Shown: one piece after another, positions 12,690 to 25,851 of the stretch
Layout of the letters: each line of letters opens with the position of its first letter
How positions within the stretch are numbered: the stretch's first letter is position 1
The notes under the pieces: generated by a model
What the model saw: only the letters and a program-made list of their open reading frames with translations
What the model was told of the DNA's origin: nothing
Databases searched by the model: none
NCBI GenBank assembly: GCA_013115125.1
Contig: JABANN010000227.1
Coordinates: 1-50,470 of the forward strand
Length of the DNA: 50,470 nt
Source: Perkinsus olseni
Taxonomy: Eukaryota
Direction: 5' to 3'
Translations under genes and position numbers: made by a program

Positions 12690-15402
12690 ATGTACCGGCC
12701 AAAAGGAAGGGTGATGTTGTCGACAGTGACGGGGCCGAGGGAGGAGGCAGCGGAGAAGGTTGCAGAGGCGAAGGATGAGAAGGCGTCGTTAGCGAATAAG
12801 GAAGGGGATACTCGGGGGAAGGGAAAAGGGAGGAAGGGGGCAGAGGTAGTAATGGCGGGATCAGTTTCTCACGGAAGGACCGCTAGTTAGTTCGGGAGGG
12901 TTGCGTTGAACTGGTGAAGGAGCGAAAATTCTCAATTTTCTTTGCTAAATTTTTGATAAATTGTCGAGAATTTTATCGAAAATTTTAGCTGCTTTACTCC
13001 CTGGCTTCGTGCTGCTGCTACGTCGTATTTGTCGTTCGTTCGGTATTATTCTGACCCGAGTGATATTATTTTCTCATACCCAATTTTTGACTACAATGCG
13101 CATTTGTGACGGGTTCTGACGAAAAAAAATCGATTCGGAAAGGGAATTCTGCCCGAGTGCTCCTCTCAGGGTCGTAAGGAGGAGTCCACCCCGCCGACGC
13201 CCGGCAAGGGTAAAGGTGGCAATCGTGCTGGGAAGGGCAAAGGGAAGGGACGGTTGGGTGGTGATGATGACGATGATGAGAATCACAAAACGAGGAAGGG
13301 AAAAGGGTGAGGGGGTTGTTGCTGCGAAATTGGAGAATTTTTATTGGCATTGGGCGGTTTTGGGTAATTTTTGTGGCTGCCGGTGAACCCTGGGCGGCGA
13401 ATGTGGGGGATATGAGACGCGCCTTACGGGTATGTGAGATTGTGCTTCGGGTAATGGATGGTTATTGAGGAATATACTCTGGTACTAGGCCTTCGTAAGG
13501 AAGAAGCGGAGCTCGGCACTAATGCTCGGATTCGAACGCCACCTCGGGCTTTGGAACTTCCTTGGACTTCTTTCCTCGCGAACTTGGGCGTTTTGATCGA
13601 TCGTAAATCCGCTTTGTGTTCCTTCGATCAACTATTCTTTTTCAGTGGTATCGAAGGTGGTAAGTCGAAAAGCAGCACTCCTGAGAAGGGGAAGGAAATT
13701 GACGAGCAAGGCCCGCCGGGAAGCTCGTAAGTCGCGAGGGGTGGAGATGGAGCGATTTTTGTGCTGCGATTCAGGAGAAAAGTGGTAGTGAGGCTGCTTC
13801 CGCCGACCATTACTGAAGAGCAGCTGTGGAAGTCCATACCGGAAACGGTTAAGGGAAGTGTGGTGTGGAGGTAGTGGAGGGGGGAGGGGCCTTCGGTCCT
13901 TGCCGAATGGTCCGGTTGTGGTGGAGGTGATCGTAGATTGAGCTGTGGGTGAAGGAGAGTTGAGAACTCGAGGCTAACGGGGGTTGGTGAGAATAAATTT
14001 CAGCTATTCAAACGGTGCAAAATTTTATTTTTTCCGGGAAATTTCTGAGAAATTTTTTCTGAATTTTCTGTGCGCCAGAGACATGGTGAAATCAACCATT
14101 CCGTATGCTCGTCAGCTTCGAGAGTTCTTCCCGGACCCTCAGGTTGTATTTTCTCTTAAGAGCCTTCCTGAAATCTAGGAGCGGCCGCGGTCTATCGAAC
14201 ATTGCAGCAAGCGTCGACGTTTGAGTTTCACCTGTGAAATGAGGAGTAAATTTTGCATTTCTCGTCGCGGCTCTCCCCTCATAACGGGTACAACTTATCG
14301 GGTATCAGATATTTCGTGCCGGGCGTGCAACCGAAGCGACCCTCGATTACCTCACCCGCAGTGAATAGTCGGTGTTATCTCGAGTTTGATTCGAAGCAGA
14401 GGGCGGCGGATTTCGTTAATTCTTTCCACGGCCATAAGTTTGTGGATCATGTAAGGTGGTCGGCGGCTTCCGGCTGGGGTTGATCGAGTGCTCGCTAGTT
14501 GGGGGAGACCTATCGGGCGGTGGTTTGTGCGGCGCCGTGGGGACGATGTATGCCTGGGGGGAGCAGCCGGAGGCCTAGGCATAGCAGAGACGTTAAGGAA
14601 GGGTCTATTGACAAGTGCAAGTAGGAGAGTTGCTGACTGGTTCTGGTTCGCGCTGGTTCGATCCCTGCCTCAGGTATTTTAAGGATTTTATTGCGTCCAT
14701 TGCCGAGGAGGCCCCGGTAGCACTACCGGAACCGTTGGAAGGTGGTGATATTGGGCTTTCAGGGGTCGAAAAATTCATTTTTCATTTCTTATGGAAAATC
14801 GTGACCGCGTGTAGCTCGTAGGTAACGGGTGGGGGAATCTTAGGTTGAAGCTGGTTAGATTAAAAAAGCCTCAGTTACGTGCGACCCTGCGAAAACACCG
14901 CTGGTTGATTATATTAATGACTGGTATAAAGAAAAGGAGAAGCGACGAGAGAAAGAACGGCGGCGGCAAAGGGAGGCTGCGGAAGAAGCCCGGAAAAAGA
15001 AAAAACATGCTGCAAAGTAAAAACGATAAGTTGGCTGTCATTCTGTCAAGGGAAACGGTTTTAGGGAAGCTAAGAAGGCTGGTGAGAAGGAGGGAGCGGT
15101 AGAACCGCAGGAGGGCAAGAAAAAGTCGAGTCGAAGTGGACGAAGCAGCAAGGATGATGGTAATTTTCGGTAAATTTTCGTTCAATTTATGGCATCATTT
15201 TTTCAGAATGGTGGTACGATCAGAGCTGCTACGGATACCGGGGAGGTCGCCGGGGAGGATGGTGATCTTTTGGCGGGTGAAACGGTCGAAAGATCCCCTC
15301 GCGAGTAAGTGGTGGTTGCTTTTGTAAGTTTATAGTCCAACTTTTACGGTTACGACTATCGCTGACGTGTAGTTCATAGAAGCTAGCCCGAAGCACTCGT
15401 GA
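12690..15402 (+). CDS. UPF3: Nonsense-mediated decay factor UPF3 (Smg-4/UPF3 family); ends approximate
   Basis: Exons RKVVVRLLPPTITEEQLW (13775), YFVPG...SRCYLEFDSKQRAADFVNSFHGHKFVD (14310), YRAVVCAAPW, and TPLVDYI followed by a K/E/R-rich tail (14890-15015): the UPF3 RRM-like domain pattern. Confidence 0.85.
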
Positions 15403-15717
15403 CGAGTAAAAGTCGTAGGCTTAACACGAGCATAAATAACGATAAGAAGATCTTGAATTCTGATAGAATCTTTGTGCTGGGCCAACCCTAACAACGCGCT
15501 CGGGGGCTCTCTGTAGCGTTGATGGTGATTGGTCTCTTTTCAGGCGGCTGTAGGTTAGATCGGCAGAGAGGGCGAAGAGCTGCTGGCGAGCCGCTGTTGC
15601 TGTTTGGGACGCTCATAACGTGATTATAATATTTTTCTTGATGATTATCTTTCCGTTTTTGTGTTGAGAAGTTAGTGAAAGATCCGTATCCAAGGTTGAA
15701 GCATGCACGCGACGAAG

Positions 15718-17504
15718 GTGATAGATTCCCATGCCCATCCGCAGATGGGCAAGTTGACGAGTGTCGGCGCGAGGGCGGAGTTGGTCCGAAGGTGTTCCGC
15801 AATTGGCGTTGGGATGGTGGTGGCGTGCAGTACAGGGCCTGAGGATTGGGACGATGTAAGATAGCGCGAGAGATGGAAAACGGTAATCTCGGTAATTTAT
15901 CTGTTTTTTTCGAATTTCACCGAAAAATGTGAAAAAATACCGCAGAGTTTCAGGAAATTCTTGATGGAACGGAAATCGTAAATTTTTCGGAAGTTTCCGT
16001 TTTCTCCCGAGTTTACCTTGAAAATGGAAAATCACCGAAAAATTCGAAAATTTTGAAAAATGTTACCGACTAATTTAGAAAAATTCCAGCTTTTCCCACG
16101 AGTTTTACCAAAAGATTTGGGCGATTCACGAAAATATTGGTTTTTACTGGTGGTCTGCTCAGACAGCTGGACTGGACCCTTCACTTTATAAGCCACAAGT
16201 GGGTATCCATCCATGGTATGTAACCGAGGAGATGGCCGAGGTTGAAGCTGGCACTTCATGGGTGCAAAAGATGCGCCGCCTTCTGGAGGCGAATCCGAGC
16301 TTCGGCGTGGGTGAAATTGGAATTGATAAAATTAGGGCGAAAGAGGTGGGGTTGGCGGAGGGGCAAATCGATCTAGTGATCGATTTGGCAGGTTCCGATG
16401 GAAATTCAGATGAAGGTTTTTGAAAGGCAGCTTGAGTTGGCGGCCGAGCTCGGAAGGCCGGTATCTTTGCACTGCGTGCGTGCCTATGGTCAACTTCTGG
16501 ATACTCTCAAGGGGGTCGACGAGCGGATACCGGCGATTGTGTTACACGCGTAAGGAAGGGCGGTGTCCATACCACATTTCCAGCAAATCTCAGCTGTGTC
16601 CTAGTGAGATGGGTATCTTCCGTGTATCTTCTTGCTTAGAACTCAACGGGATCCGTTGGAATTTAACTCGACGTCGAAAAAATCTTCCCTTGAAATAAGT
16701 GGCTCACACCGCAGCGAGACGACGGGCAAATCTCGATCGACAGGTACGGCGGGAGCGCCGAGCTCGTGAAGGACTTCCTCAGATGCACTCAAAAACGTAG
16801 GTCGTCGGCGTTGCAGCACAATGTCCGACTAGCGATGGCCTTGGGCTTGGAACTGATAAAATTCACGAGAGCCATGCTGTTGTTGATTTAGGAGTGTATT
16901 TTAGCGTCTCGGCGAGGAGCCCTAGTCCGAAGCATCTGCCGGATGTTCTTAAAGCTGTGCCGAGGGATCGACTTTTGATAGAAACTGACAGTCCCGACCA
17001 GATGCCGTTAGACGTTGAGAGGGCGAAATTAGGTACGTCTCAGAAGCCCGTGGCGACCAATTTTTTTTCCGGAAAAAATCTGAAATATTTCCGTTGGTTC
17101 CTCGCTTTGTCAAGGCCCAGAAATGATCTTCTAGTAGTGAATTCCCTAGGGCGAGGACGGCGTGCTCCGGCGGGTTGGCAGCGCTCGCTGTACTGTGGGT
17201 TTATAGTCCGACTGGGCCCGGTAGTATCGGCTTAGCTGGACTTTCCCGAAGTTCTCACTTCCGGGGGAGGCGTCGTGCGCAGATCGACAGGAGATGGTTT
17301 GGCAGAAGGTTTCCCGCGAGGTTCGATAATTTCCCTATCTTTTATTTTCGCTCAGAGCCTGTCAGCGAAGGCATCAACGACAGCGGACTGATCGACGTCG
17401 TTTTGAAGAGGGTGGCCGAAGCGCTCGGGCGGGACTGTGACGAAGTGGCTGCATTTACCAGCGAAAACGCGGAGAGAGTTTTTGGTGTTTTATCGGCCCC
17501 CTGA
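15718..17504 (+). CDS. TatD-family deoxyribonuclease (5' exon not resolved)
   Basis: Exons give IDSHAH, VGIHPWY, VGEIGID, QLELAAELGRPVSLHCVRA, VLHAYGGS, DRLLIETDSPD and TSENAERVF. Stop at 17502-17504. Confidence 0.92.
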
Positions 17505-18068
17505 CCGTGTTCCTTTCGAGTAGTTGTTTCTGTTGTGTTGCTGATAAAAGACACCTGTCGGACGCATCGCGCAACTCCCCGGTGAAGTATCCGCACTACG
17601 TTACACTAGACTGAGATGGCCTCGATCTGAGAGCAACCTTTCTTGGTCTGTTGAACAGGCTAAACTAACTCTCATCGGTGATCCTGTCATAGGAGTTGGA
17701 CTTTAAACTCACATTAGACTGAGATGGGTCTCATAATTGTGCAACCGCTAAGGGACCGTTGTCTCCTTATCATGGTAACACAGCTAGTTCCAAAATTGGG
17801 CGAATCTTTTTTTCTACTTGGTCGAAAATATGGTGGTGCCTGGAAGTGTAACGAAGGAAGAGGAAGTATTACTTTCGATTTGACATATAGAGTTGCTGCT
17901 CCTTTTCGTTCACCAAAGAAAACAGAATTTTTTCGGGGTTCTCCGCAATTTTTTTTCCTTGTGTTCATCTTCTGTTGTAGATTTGTTATTCACGCGTTAA
18001 CAAATATGAAACACAAATTTTGTCGATCATCATTCGGGTTCAGTGTATTTTTGTTTTTCTCTTTAGTA

Positions 18069-19086
18069 ATGGAAGTAGCCGTTATCGGTAGTGGCATGAT
18101 GGGCCGCGGTATCGCCGCCTGTATCGCCGCCGGAGGACCCCACCACGTCCGAATGTTCGACACAAACGCCGAGGCTCTCAACGACGGGGTACAGAAGGCA
18201 ATCGAGCAAAGAGAATTCCTTCGACAAAATCACGTTCCTCCTACCGCCGTCCCCGGTGAGATCTACGCCGCTGAGTCACTCGAGTTCGCTGTAAAGAACG
18301 CCGATTTTGTTTTCGAAGCGGTCATTGAAGACACTGCTGTGAAACAGAGTGTCTTCCACCAGATTGAGGCCAGCTGTGAGAAGGAACACTTCGCTATGTG
18401 CACCAACACCAGCAGCCTTTCGGTCACGGAGATCGCTTCTAAGCTGGAGAAGCCCGGTCGCATGCTTGCTGCCCATTTCATCGGCCCCGCTTATCTGGTT
18501 CCGCTGGTGGAGGTTTGCCCGGGCGAGAAAACTGACGGTGATGCCGTTGAAAAAGTGGAGAAATTTCTGAAAAGCTGTGGGAAAAAACCAGCAGTGGTGA
18601 GTATTTTTTCCCGGAAATTTTCGGTAATTTTTTTGTTTTCAGATGAAGAAGGAAATTGACGGTTTTGTTTGCGCTCGACTTCAAGCAGCTCTTTATCGCG
18701 AGTGTCTCCATCTTGTTAAGCTCGGCGTTGCCAGCCCGGAGACCATCGACTCTGTCGTCTACAACGGTTTTGGCCGTCGCTTCAATACCATCGGTCCCTT
18801 CCAGCAGAACGACTTCGCCGGTCTTGAGCTCGTCAAGGGAACCCACTCAAGATTCTTCCCTCAGCTCGGAGCGTAAGTGCAAAAAAATCGGGAAAATTTT
18901 TTTATTTTTTTCGTCAGGGAAACTCACGATGACCGCAGTGAGGCGTTGGTGGCTGAAGGCAGACTCGGTGTTAAGAACGGCAAGGGCAACTACGACTGGT
19001 CTGATGATGACATCAAACGCATCGGTGGGTCCCGTGACTCTGAGCTGCTCCGTCGGTTGAAGTTCGACTTCAAAGATAATGAGTGA
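18069..19086 (+). CDS. 3-hydroxyacyl-CoA / 3-hydroxybutyryl-CoA dehydrogenase family protein
   Basis: Exons 18069-18596, 18643-18872 and 18918-19086. Motifs VAVIGSGMMGRGIA (Rossmann), FEAVIED, TNTSSL, AHFIGP..LVEV, KKEIDGFVCARLQ, GPF..ND.AGL, GRLGVKNGKGNYDW. Confidence 0.95.
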
Positions 19087-19189
19087 ATTTATTATTGAGT
19101 ACATTTACTATCCAGTTTCTATCAGAATTATTCTTTTTCTTTTTATAGTGACGGAAGGCTCTCGGCGATGGGCTCAGTTGGGGACTCTG

Positions 19190-20979
19190 TGTAGTGTTGA
19201 AATGCAGTGCAAACAGATAGCAACCTTTTTTAGTGTTAAACTCGACTGAGGTAACGGTGGAAATGGTGATAATGTAACGCTCAATAACAACAGCAAAGAC
19301 ACTCGCCATTATTATCGAGGCAAAGGAAATTTACGATTCAAATAATTGGTACAATAGCCTTTTACTCTTTTCATTGCGGAGTCCTTCAACCCATCACTCG
19401 ACAGATTAAAACGGACAGTAGAGTCCAACCTGACAAGGAGCCAAACTGCCCACCGAAAGGTCGCGGGTTCGATCCCCACCTGAGCTCTTTTTCCATCAGC
19501 GTCTGAGATATCGCCTTGGCCACTCGTCGCCACTCGGGAGCCTCGTCCTCTTCATGATCGCACATCTCCGGGTTTGACCTGAAAATCACAGCGACTGGCT
19601 CACGGCTGCCTCGAAGCGATTCGGACAAAAAATACGAAAAATTCATCAAGAAATCCTGTTTTGATACCAACTTTTACACGATCCCTTCGGAAAAAATAAC
19701 GTATAATTTCCTTCGTAATAATTTTTTTCCGGAATTTTTCTTCCCATTTTTCCAGTTGATACCAAAGCAGTGACGGCTCCCTCCTACCTCCTGATGTGCA
19801 GCTGAGTCAAACGATAGACCTCATCTTTAAGGAACTTTTCGAAATTGCGGTACTCCTGTGTGTGGTGGTAGCTCTTCAATAACGAAGATCTGTCATTTCC
19901 GCTTCTCTTCTGCGACCGGTATTCCCGAACGCTTCGCATTTTTTTCACCGGCGATGCGTCCGAAGTCCCACTGGTGTCCGCCGAAAGCGACCTGACGAAC
20001 GAACAGTGAAAAGCAGAGCAAAGAAGCGAGAGTGCGCACGAAGATTTGGGAGTGAGTAAAGAATTGAGAATTTCGATACTGAAAAGCTTACAATTCGTCC
20101 CAGAACAACTCGTAATGATTGAGTTGCGTAACGGTTTGGAACGGGCAGCAGGCTCCAAAAATTTTCGGTTGCCCATTTCATAATAATGTATGACGAAACG
20201 GTTCTGAAACGTCGTGAATCCAATTATACTATTGTTATCAGGACGTGTGGCTGTTGGAACAAGCCATCTTAAGAAAGGTGCATAAAAGCCTAACGTAGCG
20301 ACATGGGGACATGATAATTTTCGGATAATACCCAAGTTGGCCACACTTCAAGAAATTCATGAGAAAAAATGTAATTTTTGAATCTTACGAGGAGAACAAC
20401 TTCCCTATTTATATGAATAATAATCGATCGACCGTTTCACGGGAGAAATTCTACTCCACTCGGATTTCCCATCTGTCCCATCTCGCAATTCCAATCTTGG
20501 AATTCCAATCCACCTGGCGGCCCAGTCTACTACCTCTTCCTCGCTGCGTTCTCTTCCATCCCTCGCCGAGAATCACCATCATCCCTGCTGTTACTCTCCT
20601 GCTCATCATCATTATGTCTGCTCAAGGACCTCTGCCGAGCTCCAGTGGAATGGCGATCGTCAACACGCGCTTCACTCGACGGAGGGGTCGGGGGAGGAGG
20701 GGGCGGCTGGATACTCGGGGGTCGGCTAGACCATGCCGAGGAGCTCCAACTCGATGGCACTGGTGGGGTAACTGATAAATGATTTTATTAAAAGGTGCCG
20801 CCGCCAGAGATCGAACCTGTGCCTATCCTGGCTGGAGGCGTGTGGGGAGAAGGTGGCGGAGGAGGGGGAGGCGTTCCCGAAGATGGCCGTCCCGCGGGAG
20901 TGTCCAATACACGGCCGCGATAATCTTCGGTGGTATCATTCGCTGTGAGTGTTGCTGGGGGCGACATAAGATCCACCAC
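19190..20979 (-). CDS. Hypothetical multi-exon protein with Pro-rich N-terminus (boundaries approximate)
   Basis: Minus-strand exons MVDLMSPP...PPPPPP, ...RRGMEENAARKR and EMCDHEEDEAPEWRRVAKAISQTLMEKELR|LDSTVRFNLSSDG, with a GT-AG intron at 19430-19479. Confidence 0.45.
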
Positions 20980-21289
20980 GGATCCTATGGGGCTGGCCGC
21001 TGAGCCCGAGAGCCTCGAGAGAATCTTTCGACACGCTTCCGACTCGGCATCAACCTAAGAAGCGCACCGCACTGGGAAGAATTCAAAATTTTGAATCGGC
21101 GTCGTGGAAGCGCTGCTCCCAGCTCAGTAAACGGTACGAGATCATATCGAAAAAATACTGGGAATATTTCCGCACAAAAGCAATGGCAAGTTCGCGGGAA
21201 AAACCCCAAAAAATTCGTAATTTTCCGGGAAAATCGATGAAAAACTCGCATTGGGGACCTCGATCGAGCACATCTTTGGGAAGTGCTTG

Positions 21290-23081
21290 CTGACCGAAAC
21301 TAGCGGAAAAATTCATCGTTATTTTCCTGCCTTGCGAGGTTCATTAAAAAATTACAAAGCAGAAAATATTTTTCCGACGAAGAATCTTTTATTCTGCCAT
21401 CCGCCAGGTACTACATCAGGATTCTCTGCCACCTTTTTGACGCTATGCAGGACGTCCAGAGCCGAACTGACCCTCTCCTGGTCGGCGGTGCTCCACTGGG
21501 CCGTTTTTTTCACGCGTAAGTTGAGCACGAGTTGAAGAGCTAAAAGCGCGCGCGATGTGACGGAGCCTGGCATTGTGTCAGCTAGGGACAGGATCTGAGT
21601 ATCCAGAGGTTGAGCGAGGAAGATACGAAAGAGGTTGAAGCGTACGTATAGTAGAGCGTCGAGGCCGGCTCCCGAACCATCGAACGTATCCAAGACCCCT
21701 GAGGTCTCTTGCGACATCAATAGTACATCAAGATACCTGCCACTTGAGAATCTTTTTTTCTGTGAAGTGCCAGAGTGACCTACGCTGTTGTTGCCTTGCC
21801 ACCAGGATCAGTTGCCTTGGACGCAGACCGCAGAAACGACGCTAAATGCGCAGCATGTGAGACCTGCAAAAACGCCGTCACCGGGGATCGAACCTGCGAC
21901 CTTCCCACCTCCGTCAGAGTCGCCGTTCTTTGATTGATGAATGGTATTAGCTTCGGCACAGTATTAGCTCTTCTGAGTATCGCGTCCCGCGCCTTCGAAT
22001 GCACCAGAGATGTCCGGCCGGATTTATCTATCGCGTGCGAAAGATACGCCTTTCCGACCTATTCTGTATCTTACCAGCTACGAGCTGCCGAAGATACTCA
22101 AACTCAGCGTCTTTAGACCGACCCCGAGAAGGCAGACCAGTCAGGGAGGATGACATAAAAGGTACCAAGCAAGAGTGCTTTCGAGAATAATTGCTGGAAA
22201 CGCGTCGTGTGGGTACCAGGCGAAGATCCGCATAAAAATTACGGTCAAAATGATAGCAGAGAACCTTTTGGTAGTATCTTCCGTGCCATGCAATCTACGA
22301 CGACCGCCCAAGTGCTCACGTCAAAAATATCTTCTAAATCTGTTGTGCGAGAAATGCAAAATTAAACGTCTCAAAGACGTAAGAAAATCTCGTTTGCATG
22401 ACACGAACAAGATCCCAATATCTTGCCAGATTTTTTTCAGGAAAATTGCAACCGGAAGTTCATAAAATCAGTTAATTTTTCCAAACACAAGGGGGTTGAC
22501 GGGTGGTGTAGAACTGTCAAGAAGCAGTACAAAACTCGGTTTTTCTCGGACTTTTTCCGTGACAGAAAAAACACAATTTCACTGGAGATGCCCTCACCAA
22601 CATTCTCCACTACTTTGTCGAAGGCCCGACCAATTGAGAATTTCTTCTCGTACCAAAAATCAATTCTCGAAAGCTCGCAAAAGATACTCAACGGCGAAAA
22701 TGAAAAACATTGAAAAAAAGAAAAAAATTCACATCGCGATTCTTGCTTGGTAAGAAACGGCCTCTCACCAATTACGGGAGGAACTCCTCAACGTGATACA
22801 GGGAAGGCGGGAAAATAAAAAATACGTCAATTCATTATCGAAGTTGATACCATAAAAAACGCAACTTCCAGCGACGAAATCGTCCATGCAGAGATACGCG
22901 ACCGAAAAATTGGACGACCATTATTACCGTAAATTTGGAATTTACGTAAATTTGTGAGACCATTCAAACAATTTTCGAACTTGTCAAAATTTGGCGATGA
23001 GACGTCGAAAAAATTCGGGAAAATCTTGAAAATTTTTATATTTTTGAAAACACGCGCACTGACGTGGGCACTGCATACCAC
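21290..23081 (-). CDS. Hypothetical multi-exon protein (may be continuous with the adjacent minus-strand gene)
   Basis: Exon-like segments HSKARDAILRRANTVPKLIPFINQRTATLTE|VSHAAHLASFLRSA (GT-AG intron 21864-21908) and ILSLADTMPGSVTSRALLALQLVLNLRVKK. No family recognised. Confidence 0.4.
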
Positions 23082-23796
23082 TCGGCCGACCTCCGTACTA
23101 CCGTTCCTTCCCGGATAAGTATCTTAGGTTGACCCATGCTGTAGATAAGTAGTAGAAGAACATAATAATAACGGTTTTGTTATTACTCACTATGTTAACT
23201 CGAAACAGAATACAAAATCAGAAACGACTCTTTCCCAGAGAATCATGGTGAATCATCTCCCAGAGGCGGAAAACCTTGATAATTGAGGTTGAAGCGCGAT
23301 GACCTGTCGCGGTGCAATAACATAGCGCGTCGGGAAAAGTGAAAGAGGAACTAAGGAATATGAAAGAAAGACAAACGAATGGAAATTTTTTCATTTTTTA
23401 TATATTTACTTTTTAATTTACTTGAATGTTTAATTTTCTTTACCCAGATTTTTTACTTTTTTCAGTAATTTTTTCCAGATAGTGTTGGGTCGGAAAATCA
23501 TCATACTGATCAACCTGCCTGAGAAGAGCTCGCTTCGACCTAAGATTCTCCTGAGAAAGGAAAAAGTAAATGAGCCTCACTTGAAGGCCAGTTTTTTGGA
23601 CAAATTTCGCGGAAAATCTGAAGGGGAGGATTTGACCCTGAAAACCTTTGATAATCTGCCCAGTGAAAGCGTCTGCAATTTTCAAGCGTTTTTTCTCTTG
23701 CACGCAGACACCACTTCTTGCCATCTTGGCAATTCTTGCGTTTCCTCTACGCTCATCACCCGCCCGACGTCAAAGCAGCTTCCCTTGGGTATATCC

Positions 23797-24453
23797 ATGT
23801 CGATCGCTTCAAGTACTGTTATTGACGACTTGGACGACTTTTCGGACGTTGATGATGATTTTGAGGTCCTTGAGAACGTCACCGCCCTACCCGTTAACGA
23901 CTGGCAGCTTCTATGCTCTTCCGTGTCTACTTACAAGGGCGTTCTCACCAGTCGACTGAGCGCTCCTATGACGACCCTCAGCGTGGCTTTCCGGCAAGCA
24001 GCTCCGTCGTTCGAGAAGAACCGGTCCAGGTCGAAGAGCGTACAGTCGACGACTAGCACTAAGGCCAGCAGTGTTATGAACTTCGACCAGGGCCGCAGTA
24101 TCGCTGAAGACTCTTTTAATATCCGAGACGCCCGCACTGAGAAGTACGTTCGCAAACTACGAGGGTTGGAAGAAAAAAGTCGCCAAGGTCACCTCCATCG
24201 AGTTCATGACGTCCACTACTGTCGACAGTGCCTTAATAGGTACTGGCCAAGGCACTTCAAAAGCTGTCGTCTCTGTGAGAAGGCCGGTGGACGATACGCC
24301 TGGAAGGGTCACGCTGAGGAGGGCATCAATGCTGTCAGTTACTACAGCCACGGTATTGAGGTCATTGATCGTCGAGAAGGGAGGACGAGGGCTTCTAGGT
24401 GGCGAGAGAAGAAGAATGACGAGATGAGAAGGAAAACAGCGGTCGTGTTATGA
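23797..24453 (+). CDS. Intronless hypothetical protein (218 aa) with acidic N-terminus and a possible Cys/His zinc site
   Basis: ATG 23797 within ORF 23482-24453. MSIASSTVIDDLDDFSDVDDDF... and HYCRQCLNRYWPRHFKSCRLC (two CxxC). Confidence 0.6.
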   Translation: MSIASSTVIDDLDDFSDVDDDFEVLENVTALPVNDWQLLCSSVSTYKGVLTSRLSAPMTTLSVAFRQAAPSFEKNRSRSKSVQSTTSTKASSVMNFDQGRSIAEDSFNIRDARTEKYVRKLRGLEEKSRQGHLHRVHDVHYCRQCLNRYWPRHFKSCRLCEKAGGRYAWKGHAEEGINAVSYYSHGIEVIDRREGRTRASRWREKKNDEMRRKTAVVL

Positions 24454-24769
24454 GCACGATGGCGTTTGATATTATTATTACCTTTTTTCCTTTGTACGGT
24501 TTTTTCAACTGTACGTCACTAGAGCTGTTCTGTTGTGTGTCTGCGGCTGACGCGCAAGGCTCGCAATTTTGTTTTCTGTCGAGAGTGGTTGCGTTCGAAT
24601 GTAGGAGGCCGTTTGAAGACCAAGGAGGACTCTGCGGTTCTCTGGCAGAATTCAACCGCGAAAAATCGGATCAGAAACATTTAGGAAATCGACTTTTTGG
24701 CGTCTAATTTCGTCGATTCCGAACCGCGCGAGAGTTGGTTAATTGAACATCCCTGCCTTTAGAGGTGGG

Positions 24770-25085
24770 CGACAGTACGGGTGCGGGTACGGAACTGATC
24801 GGGTTTTTGAAAAAAAGTAGTGGAAAGTGCTGGTGAGGTCTTCCCCAGTGAAATTGTGTTTTTTTCTGTTGCGGGAGAAGCCCGAGAAAGTAGAGGTGGG
24901 CGGCTGTACGGGTAGTACGAGTACGGCTCCGTACTACCCGTCGCAGCGGTTCCCAAGTACCGTACTAGTATGCCCTACTTAATTCAATACACGTATGGGT
25001 TGTTTAATATAGTTGATACGTAGTAGTTCTCCGTACCCGTACTAGGTTGTCAGTCTGCAACGTACCATCCTCGAACTTAGTACGG
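24770..25085. repeat. GTAC-rich degenerate repeat region with a hairpin
   Basis: Many gtacggg/ccgtac/gtacta units. 12-bp IR acgggtagtacg (24908-24919) / cgtactacccgt (24930-24941). Confidence 0.55.
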
Positions 25086-25600
25086 TTGCCCAGCTCTAAT
25101 AACTGCATTCCTCCAGTACCAATCTCGCTGCCTCTGTTGGAAAGATTTCCCCTGCTGAGAGGAGTCACATGACGAGGAGAGTATCTCTACCATGCGAGAT
25201 GATGGCGTGAAGGTAAAGGTCGTGGAAGATATTCTTTCAACTTTATTCTCTCTGCGCTGTGCCATCTCCTGCGTCAGAGGCCAAAACTCGTCTGAATGAT
25301 ATGGATGGCGCTTGAGAGGTAACCTGTTACGATTATACAGAAATTCTATCAGTTCAGCTTCCCACGCACAGTTGACTAGGGGATGGCGCTTATCCACTAC
25401 CCGAAGGAACATGAAAGAACTCCCTACCAGCTGTCCTCTCTCCGCTGATTTGAGGCAGTTATATCCCAGAGACTGCTCATCTGCTTTACCGCTACCACGG
25501 CTCTCTCCGTGGCAGCTCGATCATCGAAAGAATTCCTACAGTACCAACGTCGTGACGGAAGAAACGTGTTTTCCCATGGTGGTGTTTTCTCTCACAGGAA
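25077..25600 (-). CDS. Small multi-exon hypothetical protein
   Basis: Exon-like segments PWENTFLPSRRWYCRNSFDDRAATERAVV, RLPLKRHPYHSDEFWPLTQEMAQRRENK and QGKSFQQRQRDWYWRNAVIRAGQPY*, with plausible splice sites. Start unresolved. Confidence 0.4.
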
Positions 25601-25851
25601 GTGTTAGTTCAGTAAGGTTGATGATTCCGCAGGAGCCAAAGAAGGCTTCGGAGCGTATATTAATAATAATTAACCATCATTACTAGCAGCTTTGAAATTG
25701 TTATGACTAACAGCGACGACGCTTCGTGAAATCGATCAGATTCGTAGCTCACAGGAGCGCGCGCCATTCTAATCGATTTGCAGCTCTAGTTGAAGCGTGT
25801 TAAAGACGGATGAAAAGATACGTCGAGTCAGATCCTTGAAAACTTGAAGCG

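Noticed and set aside
3497-17504. Functional cluster of nucleic-acid/chromatin genes (GNAT, AlkB, UPF3, TatD)
   Set aside because: No shared pathway is evident and the neighbours are unrelated housekeeping genes. Adjacency is probably coincidental unless synteny shows otherwise.
17724-18068. 115-aa N-terminal extension of the dehydrogenase ORF
   Set aside because: Low-complexity T-rich sequence. The Rossmann fold starts at ATG 18069, just after a pyrimidine tract and AG.
19455-19485. Calling the B-box fragments functional tRNA genes
   Set aside because: They lack the 5' half and a paired cloverleaf. Only 31808-31881 folds fully.
25077-25600. Assignment of the small minus-strand gene to a mitoribosomal protein
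   Set aside because: The resemblance depended on an uncertain reading frame and cannot be supported without a profile search.
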